Part shown: piece after piece, positions 47,941 through 58,040 of the stretch
Numbering within the stretch: the first letter of the stretch is position 1
Layout of the letters: each line of letters starts with the position of its first letter
Source of the DNA: a virus
DNA length: 64,000 bases
IMG/VR virus record: IMGVR_UViG_3300049436_000052
Location: 137,433 to 201,432 of that record
Reading direction: 5' to 3' (one strand)
Notes under the pieces: model-generated
Told to the model about the DNA's origin: nothing
Database searches by the model: none
The model's input: the letters and a program-made list of their open reading frames with translations, nothing else
Translations under genes and position numbers: made by a program

Positions 47941-47989
47941 TTTTTATGGTTGTAAATATCATTAAACTAGATAATTACAACCATAAAAA
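47941..47989. terminator. Long hairpin, bidirectional terminator between convergent genes
   Basis: TTTTTATGGTTGTAA (47941-47955) / TTACAACCATAAAAA (47975-47989) perfect 15-bp inverted repeat. Confidence 0.8.
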
Positions 47990-48002
47990 TTAAAGATTAA
48001 AT

Positions 48003-48407
48003 TTATAAGATTTCAATAACCTTAGAACCGTTTTTTATTTCCATTTTTGGTATCGTTATTCTTAAAATACCATTATTTAATGAAGATTTAATTTCGTCAA
48101 CGTTAATATTTTCAGGAAGTGTAAATATTTTTTCATATTTTCCAAAAAAAGTTGATTTTTTATTGTATTTTAGATCATCAATTTCTTTACGTTCAGCATT
48201 AATAGTTAATTGATTATTTTCAACATTAATTTTAACATCTTCTTTTTTTATTCCAGCTAAAGAAAATTCAACAAAATATTCATTATCATTTTCAATTATA
48301 TCATAAGGAATTGAATTAAAATTAACAACATTTAATTTATTGTCGAATAAATTATCTAACATCATATCAAACAAATTGCTTGAATTATTCCATTTTTTTA
48401 TTAACAT
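48003..48407 (-). CDS. Small heat shock protein (Hsp20)
   Basis: YDIIENDNEY..LAGIKKEDVKI..LTINAER..GKYEKIFTLPENI..NNGILRITIPK. Confidence 0.95.
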   Translation of the reverse strand: MLIKKWNNSSNLFDMMLDNLFDNKLNVVNFNSIPYDIIENDNEYFVEFSLAGIKKEDVKINVENNQLTINAERKEIDDLKYNKKSTFFGKYEKIFTLPENINVDEIKSSLNNGILRITIPKMEIKNGSKVIEIL

Positions 48408-48554
48408 ATTTTTTCAGTTTTTAGTAAAATTATTTTTTGTTTTTGTGATTTTATCAAAAAACGTACAAATCTAATTTTTAACTAAATAAGTGACATTTTG
48501 TTATAAATTTTAGAAAAAAATATGATCTTTTGTCAAAATAAGAAAAATTATATT

Positions 48555-48562
48555 TATTTTTG
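48555..48562 (+). promoter_or_regulatory. Bacteroidota -7 element TATTTTTG(CA)
   Basis: TAnnTTTG 23 nt upstream of ATG 48586; TTTG at 48529-48532. Confidence 0.55.
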
Positions 48563-48585
48563 CATTTAAATAAATTTTAAAATTT

Positions 48586-51500
48586 ATGATAATAACTAAA
48601 ATTTGTCATCTTGCAGACATCCATTTGCGTAAAGCAACCACACGTAATGAAGAATATATACAAGTTTTTGAAAATTTATATAAATCTTTAGAAGAAAAGA
48701 AACCAGATAGAATAGTGATTGTGGGTGATCTTGTCAACGAATATTTAGATTTAAGTCCTAGTCAGATTTTATTGGTAAGTAATTTCTTAAATAGATTATC
48801 TGAAATCGCTGAAGTCCGCATCACCAAAGGGAATCACGATTGTCTTGGGGCTAATAGAAATTTAATTGATTCAATTGGAAGTATTGTTGAAATTCTTAAA
48901 AATCCCAAAATAATTTATTATAATAAAACAGGCTTTTTTTATGATGAAAATGTCATTTGGTCGGTTTGGAATCATAGAGAAAAGAATAATAATCCTTGGA
49001 AACTAAAAGAAGCTAAAACAATAGATAAAAATAATTATACTACTATTGATTTATTTCATGATCCGATTTATGGTTGTAAAACATCTTCTGGATATGAAAT
49101 GAAGGATAAATATTATTATACCCTAAACGACTTTAAAGGCACTATTTCTGCTTTTGGTGATATTCATCTCATGCAATATCTAAACAAGGAAAAAACAAAA
49201 GCATATTGTGGTTCATTAATTTCTCAAGATCATTCTGAAGGAAATTCTAATTTTCATGGATATTTGTTATGGAATATTCAAAATAAAACTGTTGAAGAAA
49301 TTCCAATTCACAATGATTATTCTTTTAAGACAATTAAAATAACACCGTTTGTCGATTTTGATGGTTTAAAATTCGAAATCGAAAATTCGACTAAGTTTAT
49401 GAAAGTTAGGTTTGATTGGAATACTTTACCACAAACAAAAAATAATGACAATGAAAGAAAATTGGTTGAATATATAAAATCTAAATATGAAAATATTATA
49501 AGCATATCTCATAAAACATCTTTTATTGTAGATGATAAGATAAATATTAAAGAAAACCATACACTACAAAATATTTCAAATAAATCAGTACAACATGAAA
49601 TTTTTAGAGAATATCTTGAAAAAATAGGTACAGAAAAGAAATTAATTGATGATGTGATTACATTAGATGAAGAAATATTTGATAATTCAGAATTTGTTAA
49701 TGATTTCAATATTCAATGGGATGTGATTAAATTTGGTGGTAAAAATTTTATGTCATATGAAAATATAGATGTTGATTGGCGAGATAAAAGTGGATTGTTT
49801 CAAATATTTGGCGAAAATACGGCAGGCAAAACAACAATTTTTAAAATTTTAACATATATTCTTTTTAATAAATCATTAGAAACTGAAACAAGAATTAAAT
49901 ATGGCGATTTGCGATATGTTAATAATCGTAATAATTCTAATGAGACTGAGACTTATCTTGTTTTGAAAGCAAATGAAGAATATTATGGATTGAAAAGAAA
50001 AACTCGAATTGTAAAAAATGGAGATGGTATAGTAACAAGTACACCAACAACAGTCAATTATTATTTATTATCCACTCCAGATGATGTAATGGATGACAAC
50101 ACTTCCATCGAAAATTTAGACGATACTAGAAGAACCAAAACACAGAAAAAGATTGAATCTATAATTGGTTCATATGAAAATTTTATGCGTATTTGTTTTA
50201 TCACATCAGACACAATGAATCATATTTTGAAAAATACTGAATCTGAATTTATTGATACATTATTATATGATTCTGGTTTGGATATATTTGATAAAAAACT
50301 TGAAAATCTTAAAATCTACCAGAAAAAAATTAATGAAAAGCAAAGAATAATTTGTAATGTCGATGTTTTATCAGTTGAAAATTCAACATTAACTCAGGAA
50401 AATGTGAATTATTTAGTTGAGATAAAAAACATTGAAACAATAAATTTACCAAAAATACAAACTGAAATTCAAAATAATAGAATTTCTGTTGATGATTTTA
50501 ATAAGAAAATGTATAGAATTGACCCTGAAATTTACAATCTAAACATAAATAATATTAATTATGATATAAGCGTTCAAAACAAAAAAATAAACGATTTACG
50601 AGCAAAAAATGAAGTATTGTTAAAAAATATTTCATTATTAAAGACAACATATGATGAAGACAGATTAAAATGTTTATTAGAAGATAAAGAAAAGGAAAAA
50701 CAAAAAGAATACCAACAAAGACTTCTTATTAAAACTATTGAAGGAGAAATCAACGAAAATCAACATCAGATAGAAATTATCAATGGAGATGTGTTTCGTC
50801 TAAAAAATCAAGGTAGAGAATGTAAAGAGGAAATTAAAAGACTAAAAGAATCAAAAATATGTCCAACGTGTGGTCAAGAATTAACTGCTGAACATCAAAA
50901 ACATCTTGATGAAAACATAAAAATTGTTGAAGTAAAAATGTATGGCATTGCAGATCAAATAAAAGCTAAAGAAAATATTGATAAACCAAAATATCTTAAA
51001 ATTATTGAAGAAAAGAAAACAAAAATAGTTTCAATTCAAAACGAAATAACTAACAATAGCTTACTTTTTGAATCAATGCTTAAAGAAATTGGAACATTAG
51101 AAAACGATAAAAATGATGTAGATAAATATAAAACATTAAAATCAGAAATTGAACAAATACCATTGATTATACAAAATGAACAATTAAAAATTGATATTCT
51201 AAATCAAAAGATTATCAGTTATAATAATAGTTTGATTCAGATAGAAGAAAATAAAAAAACTGAAAAGATTATTGAAAAAATAAAATCTGAAATTTTTGTA
51301 TTGGAACAAAGTGAGAATATCGAAAAGGAAAATATTTTTAAAAGAAAAACTTTTATATTGAATAATGAAAATAAAATTAATAATAATAGTCAATCAATAG
51401 CAGCATTTAAAGCACAAGAATACCAAGACATGATTATTAATTTATATAAGAAATGTGTTCATAGAGATGGAATTCCAAGACAAATGCTTATTAATTATAT

Positions 51501-51906
51501 AATACCTAGAATAAATTTAAATTTAGATGAAATTTTATCAGCCTCACAATTTAAAATTTGGTTAGATATTGAAGATCTAAGACCCAAATTAGTTTATAAA
51601 AACATACCAACTTCAATAATTGATTGTATTAGTGCTTCTGGTAAAGAAAGAACATTTTCAAGTATTGCAATAAAATATGCTTTAAATCAGATAAATGTTA
51701 AATCAAAACCATCCATTTTTATATTAGATGAAGTAACTGGTAAATTAACAGAAGAAAGTCTTGATGAGTTTAATGAAATATTAAAACAAATAAAAACTAA
51801 AATGAAAAGAATTTTAATCATAGAACATCGGGCAAATTTAGATCCAGATCATATGATTAATGTTTTCTTAAATGAAAATAGGATATCATCACTAGAAATA
51901 AACTAA
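48586..51906 (+). CDS. Mre11/SbcD nuclease - Rad50/SbcC ATPase fusion (gp47-gp46-like)
   Basis: LADIH, VGD, GNHD, GDIH nuclease motifs; GENTAGKT Walker A; CPTC zinc hook in coiled coil; SGKE signature; FILDE Walker B; IEH. Confidence 0.9.
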   Translation: MIITKICHLADIHLRKATTRNEEYIQVFENLYKSLEEKKPDRIVIVGDLVNEYLDLSPSQILLVSNFLNRLSEIAEVRITKGNHDCLGANRNLIDSIGSIVEILKNPKIIYYNKTGFFYDENVIWSVWNHREKNNNPWKLKEAKTIDKNNYTTIDLFHDPIYGCKTSSGYEMKDKYYYTLNDFKGTISAFGDIHLMQYLNKEKTKAYCGSLISQDHSEGNSNFHGYLLWNIQNKTVEEIPIHNDYSFKTIKITPFVDFDGLKFEIENSTKFMKVRFDWNTLPQTKNNDNERKLVEYIKSKYENIISISHKTSFIVDDKINIKENHTLQNISNKSVQHEIFREYLEKIGTEKKLIDDVITLDEEIFDNSEFVNDFNIQWDVIKFGGKNFMSYENIDVDWRDKSGLFQIFGENTAGKTTIFKILTYILFNKSLETETRIKYGDLRYVNNRNNSNETETYLVLKANEEYYGLKRKTRIVKNGDGIVTSTPTTVNYYLLSTPDDVMDDNTSIENLDDTRRTKTQKKIESIIGSYENFMRICFITSDTMNHILKNTESEFIDTLLYDSGLDIFDKKLENLKIYQKKINEKQRIICNVDVLSVENSTLTQENVNYLVEIKNIETINLPKIQTEIQNNRISVDDFNKKMYRIDPEIYNLNINNINYDISVQNKKINDLRAKNEVLLKNISLLKTTYDEDRLKCLLEDKEKEKQKEYQQRLLIKTIEGEINENQHQIEIINGDVFRLKNQGRECKEEIKRLKESKICPTCGQELTAEHQKHLDENIKIVEVKMYGIADQIKAKENIDKPKYLKIIEEKKTKIVSIQNEITNNSLLFESMLKEIGTLENDKNDVDKYKTLKSEIEQIPLIIQNEQLKIDILNQKIISYNNSLIQIEENKKTEKIIEKIKSEIFVLEQSENIEKENIFKRKTFILNNENKINNNSQSIAAFKAQEYQDMIINLYKKCVHRDGIPRQMLINYIIPRINLNLDEILSASQFKIWLDIEDLRPKLVYKNIPTSIIDCISASGKERTFSSIAIKYALNQINVKSKPSIFILDEVTGKLTEESLDEFNEILKQIKTKMKRILIIEHRANLDPDHMINVFLNENRISSLEIN

Positions 51907-51912
51907 GAAAAA

Positions 51913-51922
51913 GTATTTATAT
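51913..51922 (+). promoter_or_regulatory. GTATTTATAT late-motif variant
   Basis: 22 nt upstream of ATG 51945. Confidence 0.6.
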
Positions 51923-51944
51923 TTAACAAAATAACAACAAAAAC

Positions 51945-53096
51945 ATGGATTTTAAAAAATACGACAAACTGAGAAAAAAGTCTAATTCAAAGGATTTTGA
52001 AGGAAAAAACAATGATTTAGATTTTTGGTTATATAAATTTTCGTTTCTTGGGAATGGAGGATCGATATTTTTTGCGTTCTTTTTGATCTACCCATCTCTA
52101 TATAAAACAATATCACTTCATTTAGTTGAGGGTGTGTGGTCAAATATGTTATCTATTATTTTGACTATATTCATTTTAGTTATTTTTGAAATAACTAAAA
52201 GATATTTAATTCGAAACTTTTCAAATGATTTCATCGAAAACAATAAAAAAATAAAACCATCTAATTTTGCTTGGTTTGTAATTACAATTTCATTAATCTC
52301 ATTAAGTTTTTATTTTTCAATAACAGGATCAAAAAATCTAGCAACTACAAGTATTATTAAAAACGATAATATTGAAAATGTTTTTAAAAGTGAAAGAGAT
52401 AGTCTAAAAAGAGAATCTGATAATAGAAAAGAATTGTATTTAAATCGAAATAATAAACTTGAGATACAAAATGATAGTTTATTAAGCGAAAAATCACAAA
52501 TTCCTGAAAATTTTTATAGTAAAAAATCTGGAATACAAAAGACTATTGATCGTAATGAAAAAGAAATTGAATCAAATCTAAAGAAAATTAATGAATATGA
52601 TGCAGAACTAAAGTTTCAGATTGAAAAACTAGAAAAAAAGATTGAAGGTACTAAAACAGATAATAGTGTTGAGGATAACCAAAATATATTTTTATTTGTT
52701 ATACTTGTAATTTTTATTGAATTACTAATCATATCTGGTATCTATTTTAGGGAATGGTATGAATATAATTTAAGGTTGATTAATCAAAACAAATATGAAA
52801 AACTTTATTTAAAAAAAGATAGATATCAAACATTAGTATCATATGTTTACAATAATGGTAAATATGGTGTTGGTGATAAAGTAACTCCCGTTCTTAAACT
52901 CAAAGAACTTGTATCTGAAAAAACAAAAATTCAAAATTCGAATAAATTTATTGATGAGTTTTTTGATGAAATGGATAAGCATGGTATATTTACTACAAAC
53001 GGTAAGAAAAGATATATTGGAATGACATATACTGATGCAATGAAAATCATTGATAATTTTGATGATTCTTTACAAATTTTAGAAAATATGGTTTAG
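51945..53096 (+). CDS. Membrane protein: three TM segments, coiled coil, TM, soluble C-terminal domain (DUF4407-like topology)
   Basis: Hydrophobic segments GSIFFAFFLIY, ILTIFILVIF, WFVITISLISLSFYF, IFLFVILVIFIELLIISG. Confidence 0.65.
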   Translation: MDFKKYDKLRKKSNSKDFEGKNNDLDFWLYKFSFLGNGGSIFFAFFLIYPSLYKTISLHLVEGVWSNMLSIILTIFILVIFEITKRYLIRNFSNDFIENNKKIKPSNFAWFVITISLISLSFYFSITGSKNLATTSIIKNDNIENVFKSERDSLKRESDNRKELYLNRNNKLEIQNDSLLSEKSQIPENFYSKKSGIQKTIDRNEKEIESNLKKINEYDAELKFQIEKLEKKIEGTKTDNSVEDNQNIFLFVILVIFIELLIISGIYFREWYEYNLRLINQNKYEKLYLKKDRYQTLVSYVYNNGKYGVGDKVTPVLKLKELVSEKTKIQNSNKFIDEFFDEMDKHGIFTTNGKKRYIGMTYTDAMKIIDNFDDSLQILENMV

Positions 53097-53097
53097 G

Positions 53098-53688
53098 ATG
53101 AAAATAGACAATACCACATTTCCAGCAAAAAAATTTAATTATATTTCTGAAGTTTCAGAAAAAACACAAATAGTTGTTTCAAATAGTCTTAGAAAAAATA
53201 ATTATCATTTAATTCGTTTACAAAATAAAGAATTTGAAAAAACTAAGAAATGGAATATGTTTACAATTTCAAGAGAAGGTAATATTTATCAACATTTTTC
53301 TGATGATTATTATTCAAATTTTTTAGAAAATGAGGAATGGGATAAAAAAATAATTTCTATTGTTTTAGAAAACATGGGATTGTTATATCAAATTGATAAC
53401 AAATATTATAATTTCTTGAATGAATGTTGTGATGATGAATTGGTTGTTGAAAAAAAATGGTTAGAATTTATTTTCTGGGAAAAATATAATAATAAACAAA
53501 TAAGAAGTTTTATTGATCTATCATATTTTCTTTCAAATAAACACCAGATACCTTTAAATCTAATTGATTTTTTTAATTATCATAAGGATACTACTAAATT
53601 TAAAGGAATCGTATTTCATTCAAACTACTACGATCAGTCAACAACAATAAATCCAACGTTTGATGTTGAAATTTTCAATAAAAAATAA
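53098..53688 (+). CDS. Amidase_2 (N-acetylmuramoyl-L-alanine amidase)-fold protein, zinc ligands partly lost
   Basis: QIVVSNS (HHT expected), FTISREGNIYQ, ISIVLEN, Y..KQ, FHSN, INP. Confidence 0.6.
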   Translation: MKIDNTTFPAKKFNYISEVSEKTQIVVSNSLRKNNYHLIRLQNKEFEKTKKWNMFTISREGNIYQHFSDDYYSNFLENEEWDKKIISIVLENMGLLYQIDNKYYNFLNECCDDELVVEKKWLEFIFWEKYNNKQIRSFIDLSYFLSNKHQIPLNLIDFFNYHKDTTKFKGIVFHSNYYDQSTTINPTFDVEIFNKK

Positions 53689-53695
53689 TAAATTT

Positions 53696-53705
53696 GTATT
53701 TATAA
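53696..53705 (+). promoter_or_regulatory. GTATTTATAA putative late promoter
   Basis: 13 nt upstream of ATG 53719. Confidence 0.7.
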
Positions 53706-53718
53706 TAAAATTTTAATT

Positions 53719-54192
53719 ATGAATGACAATCACAATTTTTTTCAAAAAAGAATAAAAGAAATTCTTTCCAGAACAAATATGCAATCCCATAAAAATACAT
53801 CAAACTCAAATACTTTGTTTTGTGAACAAGTAAAGAAACTTCGCAAATTAAATGAAATGATCGATGATGAAAATAATGTCAATAAAAAAACAAATTATGA
53901 TCAAAAAAGAGAAGAAGAAAAATTTTTGAACGCATTTAATGATATGAATGTTCATGTTAAATTCACAGATTTAATAATAACAGATGATTTTATTTTTTGG
54001 GGAGGTATAATCAATGGTGTGATACAATTCATATACAAAGTAACTGATGATAAACAAACATCAGGAATTGAGTATAACTATTTAGAAAATTTTTCACCAG
54101 ATAATCCAGAAAACGATGAAATAATAAAAACAATTGAGAATTATTACAATACGTTTTATCAATATTGGAATAATAATTTAATTCAAAAATAA
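53719..54192 (+). CDS. Hypothetical protein
   Basis: 157 aa; followed by a terminator. Confidence 0.7.
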   Translation: MNDNHNFFQKRIKEILSRTNMQSHKNTSNSNTLFCEQVKKLRKLNEMIDDENNVNKKTNYDQKREEEKFLNAFNDMNVHVKFTDLIITDDFIFWGGIINGVIQFIYKVTDDKQTSGIEYNYLENFSPDNPENDEIIKTIENYYNTFYQYWNNNLIQK

Positions 54193-54217
54193 GATAAATA
54201 TATTCTTTTTTCTTTCT

Positions 54218-54250
54218 AAAACCATTTCCTATTTTACGAATGGTTTTTTT
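54218..54250 (+). terminator. Intrinsic terminator
   Basis: AAAACCATT...AATGGTTTT followed by a T tract. Confidence 0.7.
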
Positions 54251-54269
54251 GTTTTTTTATCATATCTAA

Positions 54270-54279
54270 GTATTTATAA
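54270..54279 (+). promoter_or_regulatory. GTATTTATAA putative late promoter
   Basis: 11 nt upstream of ATG 54291. Confidence 0.7.
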
Positions 54280-54290
54280 AAAAATATCAA

Positions 54291-54497
54291 ATGAACAAAA
54301 CTGAAATTGAGGATATTGTTAGAGATGAAATTGATAAATATTTCAGCAATTCACTTGACAATGAACTTGGTAAAATTCTTAGCAAAAGCAATAGTAAAGT
54401 AAGAAAGGAATTAATTTCAACAATAAAAAATTCATTAGAAACAGTCATAAAAACACTTTGGACAAAAAAAGATTTTTGGATTGGAAATATTAAATAA
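54291..54497 (+). CDS. Small hypothetical protein
   Basis: 68 aa after the late motif. Confidence 0.7.
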   Translation: MNKTEIEDIVRDEIDKYFSNSLDNELGKILSKSNSKVRKELISTIKNSLETVIKTLWTKKDFWIGNIK

Positions 54498-54508
54498 TAA
54501 AAAGAATA

Positions 54509-57500
54509 ATGAACGAAGAAACAAAATTTAAGCCAACACTAAATAAACCAGTGAACGATCAATCAAAGAAATTTGAAAAAAATTCTAATTCAATTATGAT
54601 CCAAAATGGTATTAAATTGAATGAAGAAAATAAAGGAAAACTTTTAAAAAGACATAAATTATTTGATTTAGATAAAATGGAAGTTTTAGTTTCATCAGAA
54701 CCAATACTAAAAGCATTATATAGTAAATTAGAACAAAGAGGTAAACCATATTTTGGATTTCACATGAATGAAAATATTATGAGTTATATTTTCAATAGTC
54801 AAATAATCACTGATTCTAATAATTTTCAAAAATATAAAAATACTCAAATTCCAGAAAAAGCAAAAAAAGTCGATAAAAGTGGAATTAAACAAATTGAAAA
54901 AAGAGGAAAAGAAAAAATGAAAAAATTTAAAAGAGATTTGAAAAGCAAAGAAAATGAAATAGAAGAAAACCAAGAAGGTAGGGAAGAAAATATGCCACAA
55001 CCAACAAATCCAAATATTGAACATGAAATTCCATCAATCGATGATGAAACTGATATTATTATTGATGATTTGATTGATAAGTTTATGGTCTTTGGTGGTT
55101 CTGAATTTATTGGTGAATTTCCAGATATGAAAAGTGCATTAGAAAATGCTAAAAATTGGAAAGCAAAACATAGTACATATCCAAAAACTTGGTTAGTGAC
55201 TTCAAATGGAAGTTACAATCAACTTGATGATGATGGTAATGTTATTAATGAAACTACAACTGCTGCTAGTGCTGGAGGTGCTGCTGGATATGTAGGTTAT
55301 GCAGGCCCTGCTGCTTGGGGTAGTGGCGATTTGATGAAAACAAAAGGAAAGAGTAAAGTAATGCGTAAACCTATTTGGAATATGGGAACTATTGTCAATG
55401 AAGATTATTTAATTAATTCTGAGAATTTTGAAAGATTATTTAAATTTTTAGATGAACAAAACGATATTGATTATATTCAAACAAATAGTGATGCATATGG
55501 AGATTTGAAAAATATGAATGGCGATAATATCAATATTATAAAAAACGATATTAAGAATAAAAAAATGGATAATCCAAACTTAGAAACCGTTAAAGAAGAA
55601 AAGAATTTAAATGAAAAAGCAGTTTCAAAAAAACAACAAAAATTTATGGGAATGGTTCATGCACTTCAAACAGGACAAATAAAACCAAGTGAAGTAAGTG
55701 ATAGTATAAAAAAAGCAGCAAAAACCATGAAGAAAAAAGATGTTAAAGATTTCGCTTCAACCAAACATGAAGATCTTCCAGAAAGAGTTGATGAAAATAT
55801 TGTACTTCCATTAGAAAATCTTTATAAAAATGAAATTAATCAAGGTAAAACTGATAAAGAGGCTGCAATGATATTGTTAAATAGATTAACCAAGGGCAAA
55901 TATACTTCTTGGGATGAGAATAAAATAAATGAATTTGTTGAAAAAATTATAAAAGCAATGAAAAATACAAATATAAACGAAGGAAATTTAAATGGTGAAG
56001 AACCAACAAAAGTATTATTTTTGATTAACGAAAAAGATCCTAATGATCCAGATTTGTTTGCATATTTTCCAGAAGAAAATTATGACAGTAATGGAATTTT
56101 AAAAACTGGATATTCACATGTTGGTCAACACTCTGCTGTTCATCCTGATTATGCTGCCAAAAGTAGAGAAGCAACTCCTGAAGAATTTGCAGATCTTAAA
56201 GCAGAACTTGAAAGTATTGGATATAACTTAGAAGTTTTAAATCGAGAAGGTGTTAATGAAAATGAAGAAAATGATGAAAATTTACAACCAGATGAAAATG
56301 ATTGTTTTATTCAAGATAATACAAGAGGTGGTTATGATGTTTCATGTGATGGTAAATTTATTGGTAATTATGAAGAAATGGATATTGCATTAAACATAGT
56401 AAAACAATGGAAATTAAAAAGTAATTGGTATCCAAGTACTTGGTTTGTTTCAGATCATGGAAATGTTTCATTAATTGATGATGAAGGTAATATCATAAAA
56501 GAATCAAGTATATTAGAACCAATTGAAGGTACAATGGCAATGAGTCCAGATCCAATTGATCAAAGTACAATGCCTAGAGGAATGAATACAGATAGTGGTG
56601 GAATGAGTGAAGAGTTTGATTTTAATAAAATAAATGAAGAATTAGATAATTATAAACTTCATCACAACAGATTAAAAAAATTGAATGAAGATAGAAAACC
56701 TTCTTCACTGATATTAAAAGATCGTTTAGGTGTTGATAATCAAAAAAACTTTAAAAAGGATTTGTCTCATAGTGGAACTAAAGAAATTATAGATATCGAA
56801 AAAGAATTACAATACAAAGATCAGCAAACAGATATTAAAGATCCTCAAAAATTATCACAAGATATTGAAAAAACAGAACTAAAAGCAACAAAAGGAAATG
56901 CTTTAGAAAATGTTGGTGATTCTGCCAATGATAAAGGTAATGAAATTCCAAAAAGAAATTTGACAGATGAAGAAATGGATGAAGTTAATAAATATCGTTT
57001 AGGAATGCAAGATTTGGTTTATGATAATGAAACTGGTGAAAGATTTGAAGATCGTATGAAAAATGATATGGGTGATAGATTATATAAAGAAAGAGAAGAA
57101 AAAATGAAATTCAGAGCAGAAGCTCCAATGTATAATAAAGACACTCAACCAACTGAAAAAGGTAAAAAAGTATCTGTACAATATAATAAAGATAAATCAA
57201 TGTGGAATCAAAGAAGTGGTCTTCAAGAAACATTTATTAGTGGAAAATATTTTGACGAATTAGGTAAAAAAAGAATTATAGATTTTGAATTGAAAAACGT
57301 TACAATTTGTGAATCAAAAGAAAATTTATTTGAATTGGATTTAGTTGGGGTTGGAAACAATTTAGAATTAAACGAAAATTTAAATAAATTTATAAACGAA
57401 TTTCAATTTTATACAGATGGTGTTAAAGTATTTCATGGTAAGAAAACTGTTAAATTAATTGAGGAAAATAAAAGTGATGATTTTGATAAGATGAAACATT

Positions 57501-57565
57501 TATTGTCATATAATCCAAAAGATTTTGTTAATACTAAAAAAATTAAAGCAAATCGTGGATTTTAA
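54509..57565 (+). CDS. Mosaic polyprotein-like putative internal head protein, including a DUF3008-like domain and a duplicated module
   Basis: EKAVSKKQQKFMGMVHA..DVKDFASTKHEDLPE (DUF3008-like); two FIG..M..AL..K.WK.K..YP.TW.V..G..DD.GN.I.E modules; many [I/L/V]NE junctions. Confidence 0.7.
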   Translation: MNEETKFKPTLNKPVNDQSKKFEKNSNSIMIQNGIKLNEENKGKLLKRHKLFDLDKMEVLVSSEPILKALYSKLEQRGKPYFGFHMNENIMSYIFNSQIITDSNNFQKYKNTQIPEKAKKVDKSGIKQIEKRGKEKMKKFKRDLKSKENEIEENQEGREENMPQPTNPNIEHEIPSIDDETDIIIDDLIDKFMVFGGSEFIGEFPDMKSALENAKNWKAKHSTYPKTWLVTSNGSYNQLDDDGNVINETTTAASAGGAAGYVGYAGPAAWGSGDLMKTKGKSKVMRKPIWNMGTIVNEDYLINSENFERLFKFLDEQNDIDYIQTNSDAYGDLKNMNGDNINIIKNDIKNKKMDNPNLETVKEEKNLNEKAVSKKQQKFMGMVHALQTGQIKPSEVSDSIKKAAKTMKKKDVKDFASTKHEDLPERVDENIVLPLENLYKNEINQGKTDKEAAMILLNRLTKGKYTSWDENKINEFVEKIIKAMKNTNINEGNLNGEEPTKVLFLINEKDPNDPDLFAYFPEENYDSNGILKTGYSHVGQHSAVHPDYAAKSREATPEEFADLKAELESIGYNLEVLNREGVNENEENDENLQPDENDCFIQDNTRGGYDVSCDGKFIGNYEEMDIALNIVKQWKLKSNWYPSTWFVSDHGNVSLIDDEGNIIKESSILEPIEGTMAMSPDPIDQSTMPRGMNTDSGGMSEEFDFNKINEELDNYKLHHNRLKKLNEDRKPSSLILKDRLGVDNQKNFKKDLSHSGTKEIIDIEKELQYKDQQTDIKDPQKLSQDIEKTELKATKGNALENVGDSANDKGNEIPKRNLTDEEMDEVNKYRLGMQDLVYDNETGERFEDRMKNDMGDRLYKEREEKMKFRAEAPMYNKDTQPTEKGKKVSVQYNKDKSMWNQRSGLQETFISGKYFDELGKKRIIDFELKNVTICESKENLFELDLVGVGNNLELNENLNKFINEFQFYTDGVKVFHGKKTVKLIEENKSDDFDKMKHLLSYNPKDFVNTKKIKANRGF

Positions 57566-57597
57566 TTTTTTAAATTGAAAATTTTTAATAATTTTGT

Positions 57598-57632
57598 AAA
57601 AGCATTATTTATATCAATAATGCTTTTTTTTT
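57598..57632 (+). terminator. Intrinsic terminator
   Basis: AAAAGCATTATT...AATAATGCTTTT followed by a T tract. Confidence 0.8.
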
Positions 57633-58040
57633 ATGGAAGAGAGTATAAAGTATCACCTAGTTCGGGAGAGATTAACACTGTATGAAGATTTTACAAAAAA
57701 ACTACTATACAACATTTATAAGTTTTATGTAGATAAGGAATCTTTAAATACAGATGAAAACATTAACAATCACTATTTATGGTGTTATAATAAAACTTGT
57801 GATGATTTTTTAATGGAAGAAATCGATTTTAAATCAAATGACAATCTTAAATCATATTTCTTTGGATATTATTACAATCAAATTTACAATGTGAAAAAAA
57901 TGGGGTCGCTTGCATCATATCAAAAGTTTTGGAAAGAAATATTTCTATTAAGCAATTCTATGAATAAAAACAGTTTAAAAATACTTATTGAATTATATTT
58001 AATATTTGACATAACAATTAAAGAAAAAATAGTTCAATAA
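57633..58040 (+). CDS. Hypothetical protein
   Basis: 135 aa, aromatic-rich. Confidence 0.7.
   Translation: MEESIKYHLVRERLTLYEDFTKKLLYNIYKFYVDKESLNTDENINNHYLWCYNKTCDDFLMEEIDFKSNDNLKSYFFGYYYNQIYNVKKMGSLASYQKFWKEIFLLSNSMNKNSLKILIELYLIFDITIKEKIVQ

Noticed and set aside
1750-55024. Short track ORFs antisense to or nested in long genes (e.g. 1750, 2025, 3837, 9900, 12134, 15350, 16605, 21777, 25722, 26373, 32979, 45414, 47161, 47243, 47526, 54728)
   Set aside because: Fully overlap well-supported genes and show the F/L/S/I-rich composition typical of shadow frames of AT-rich coding DNA
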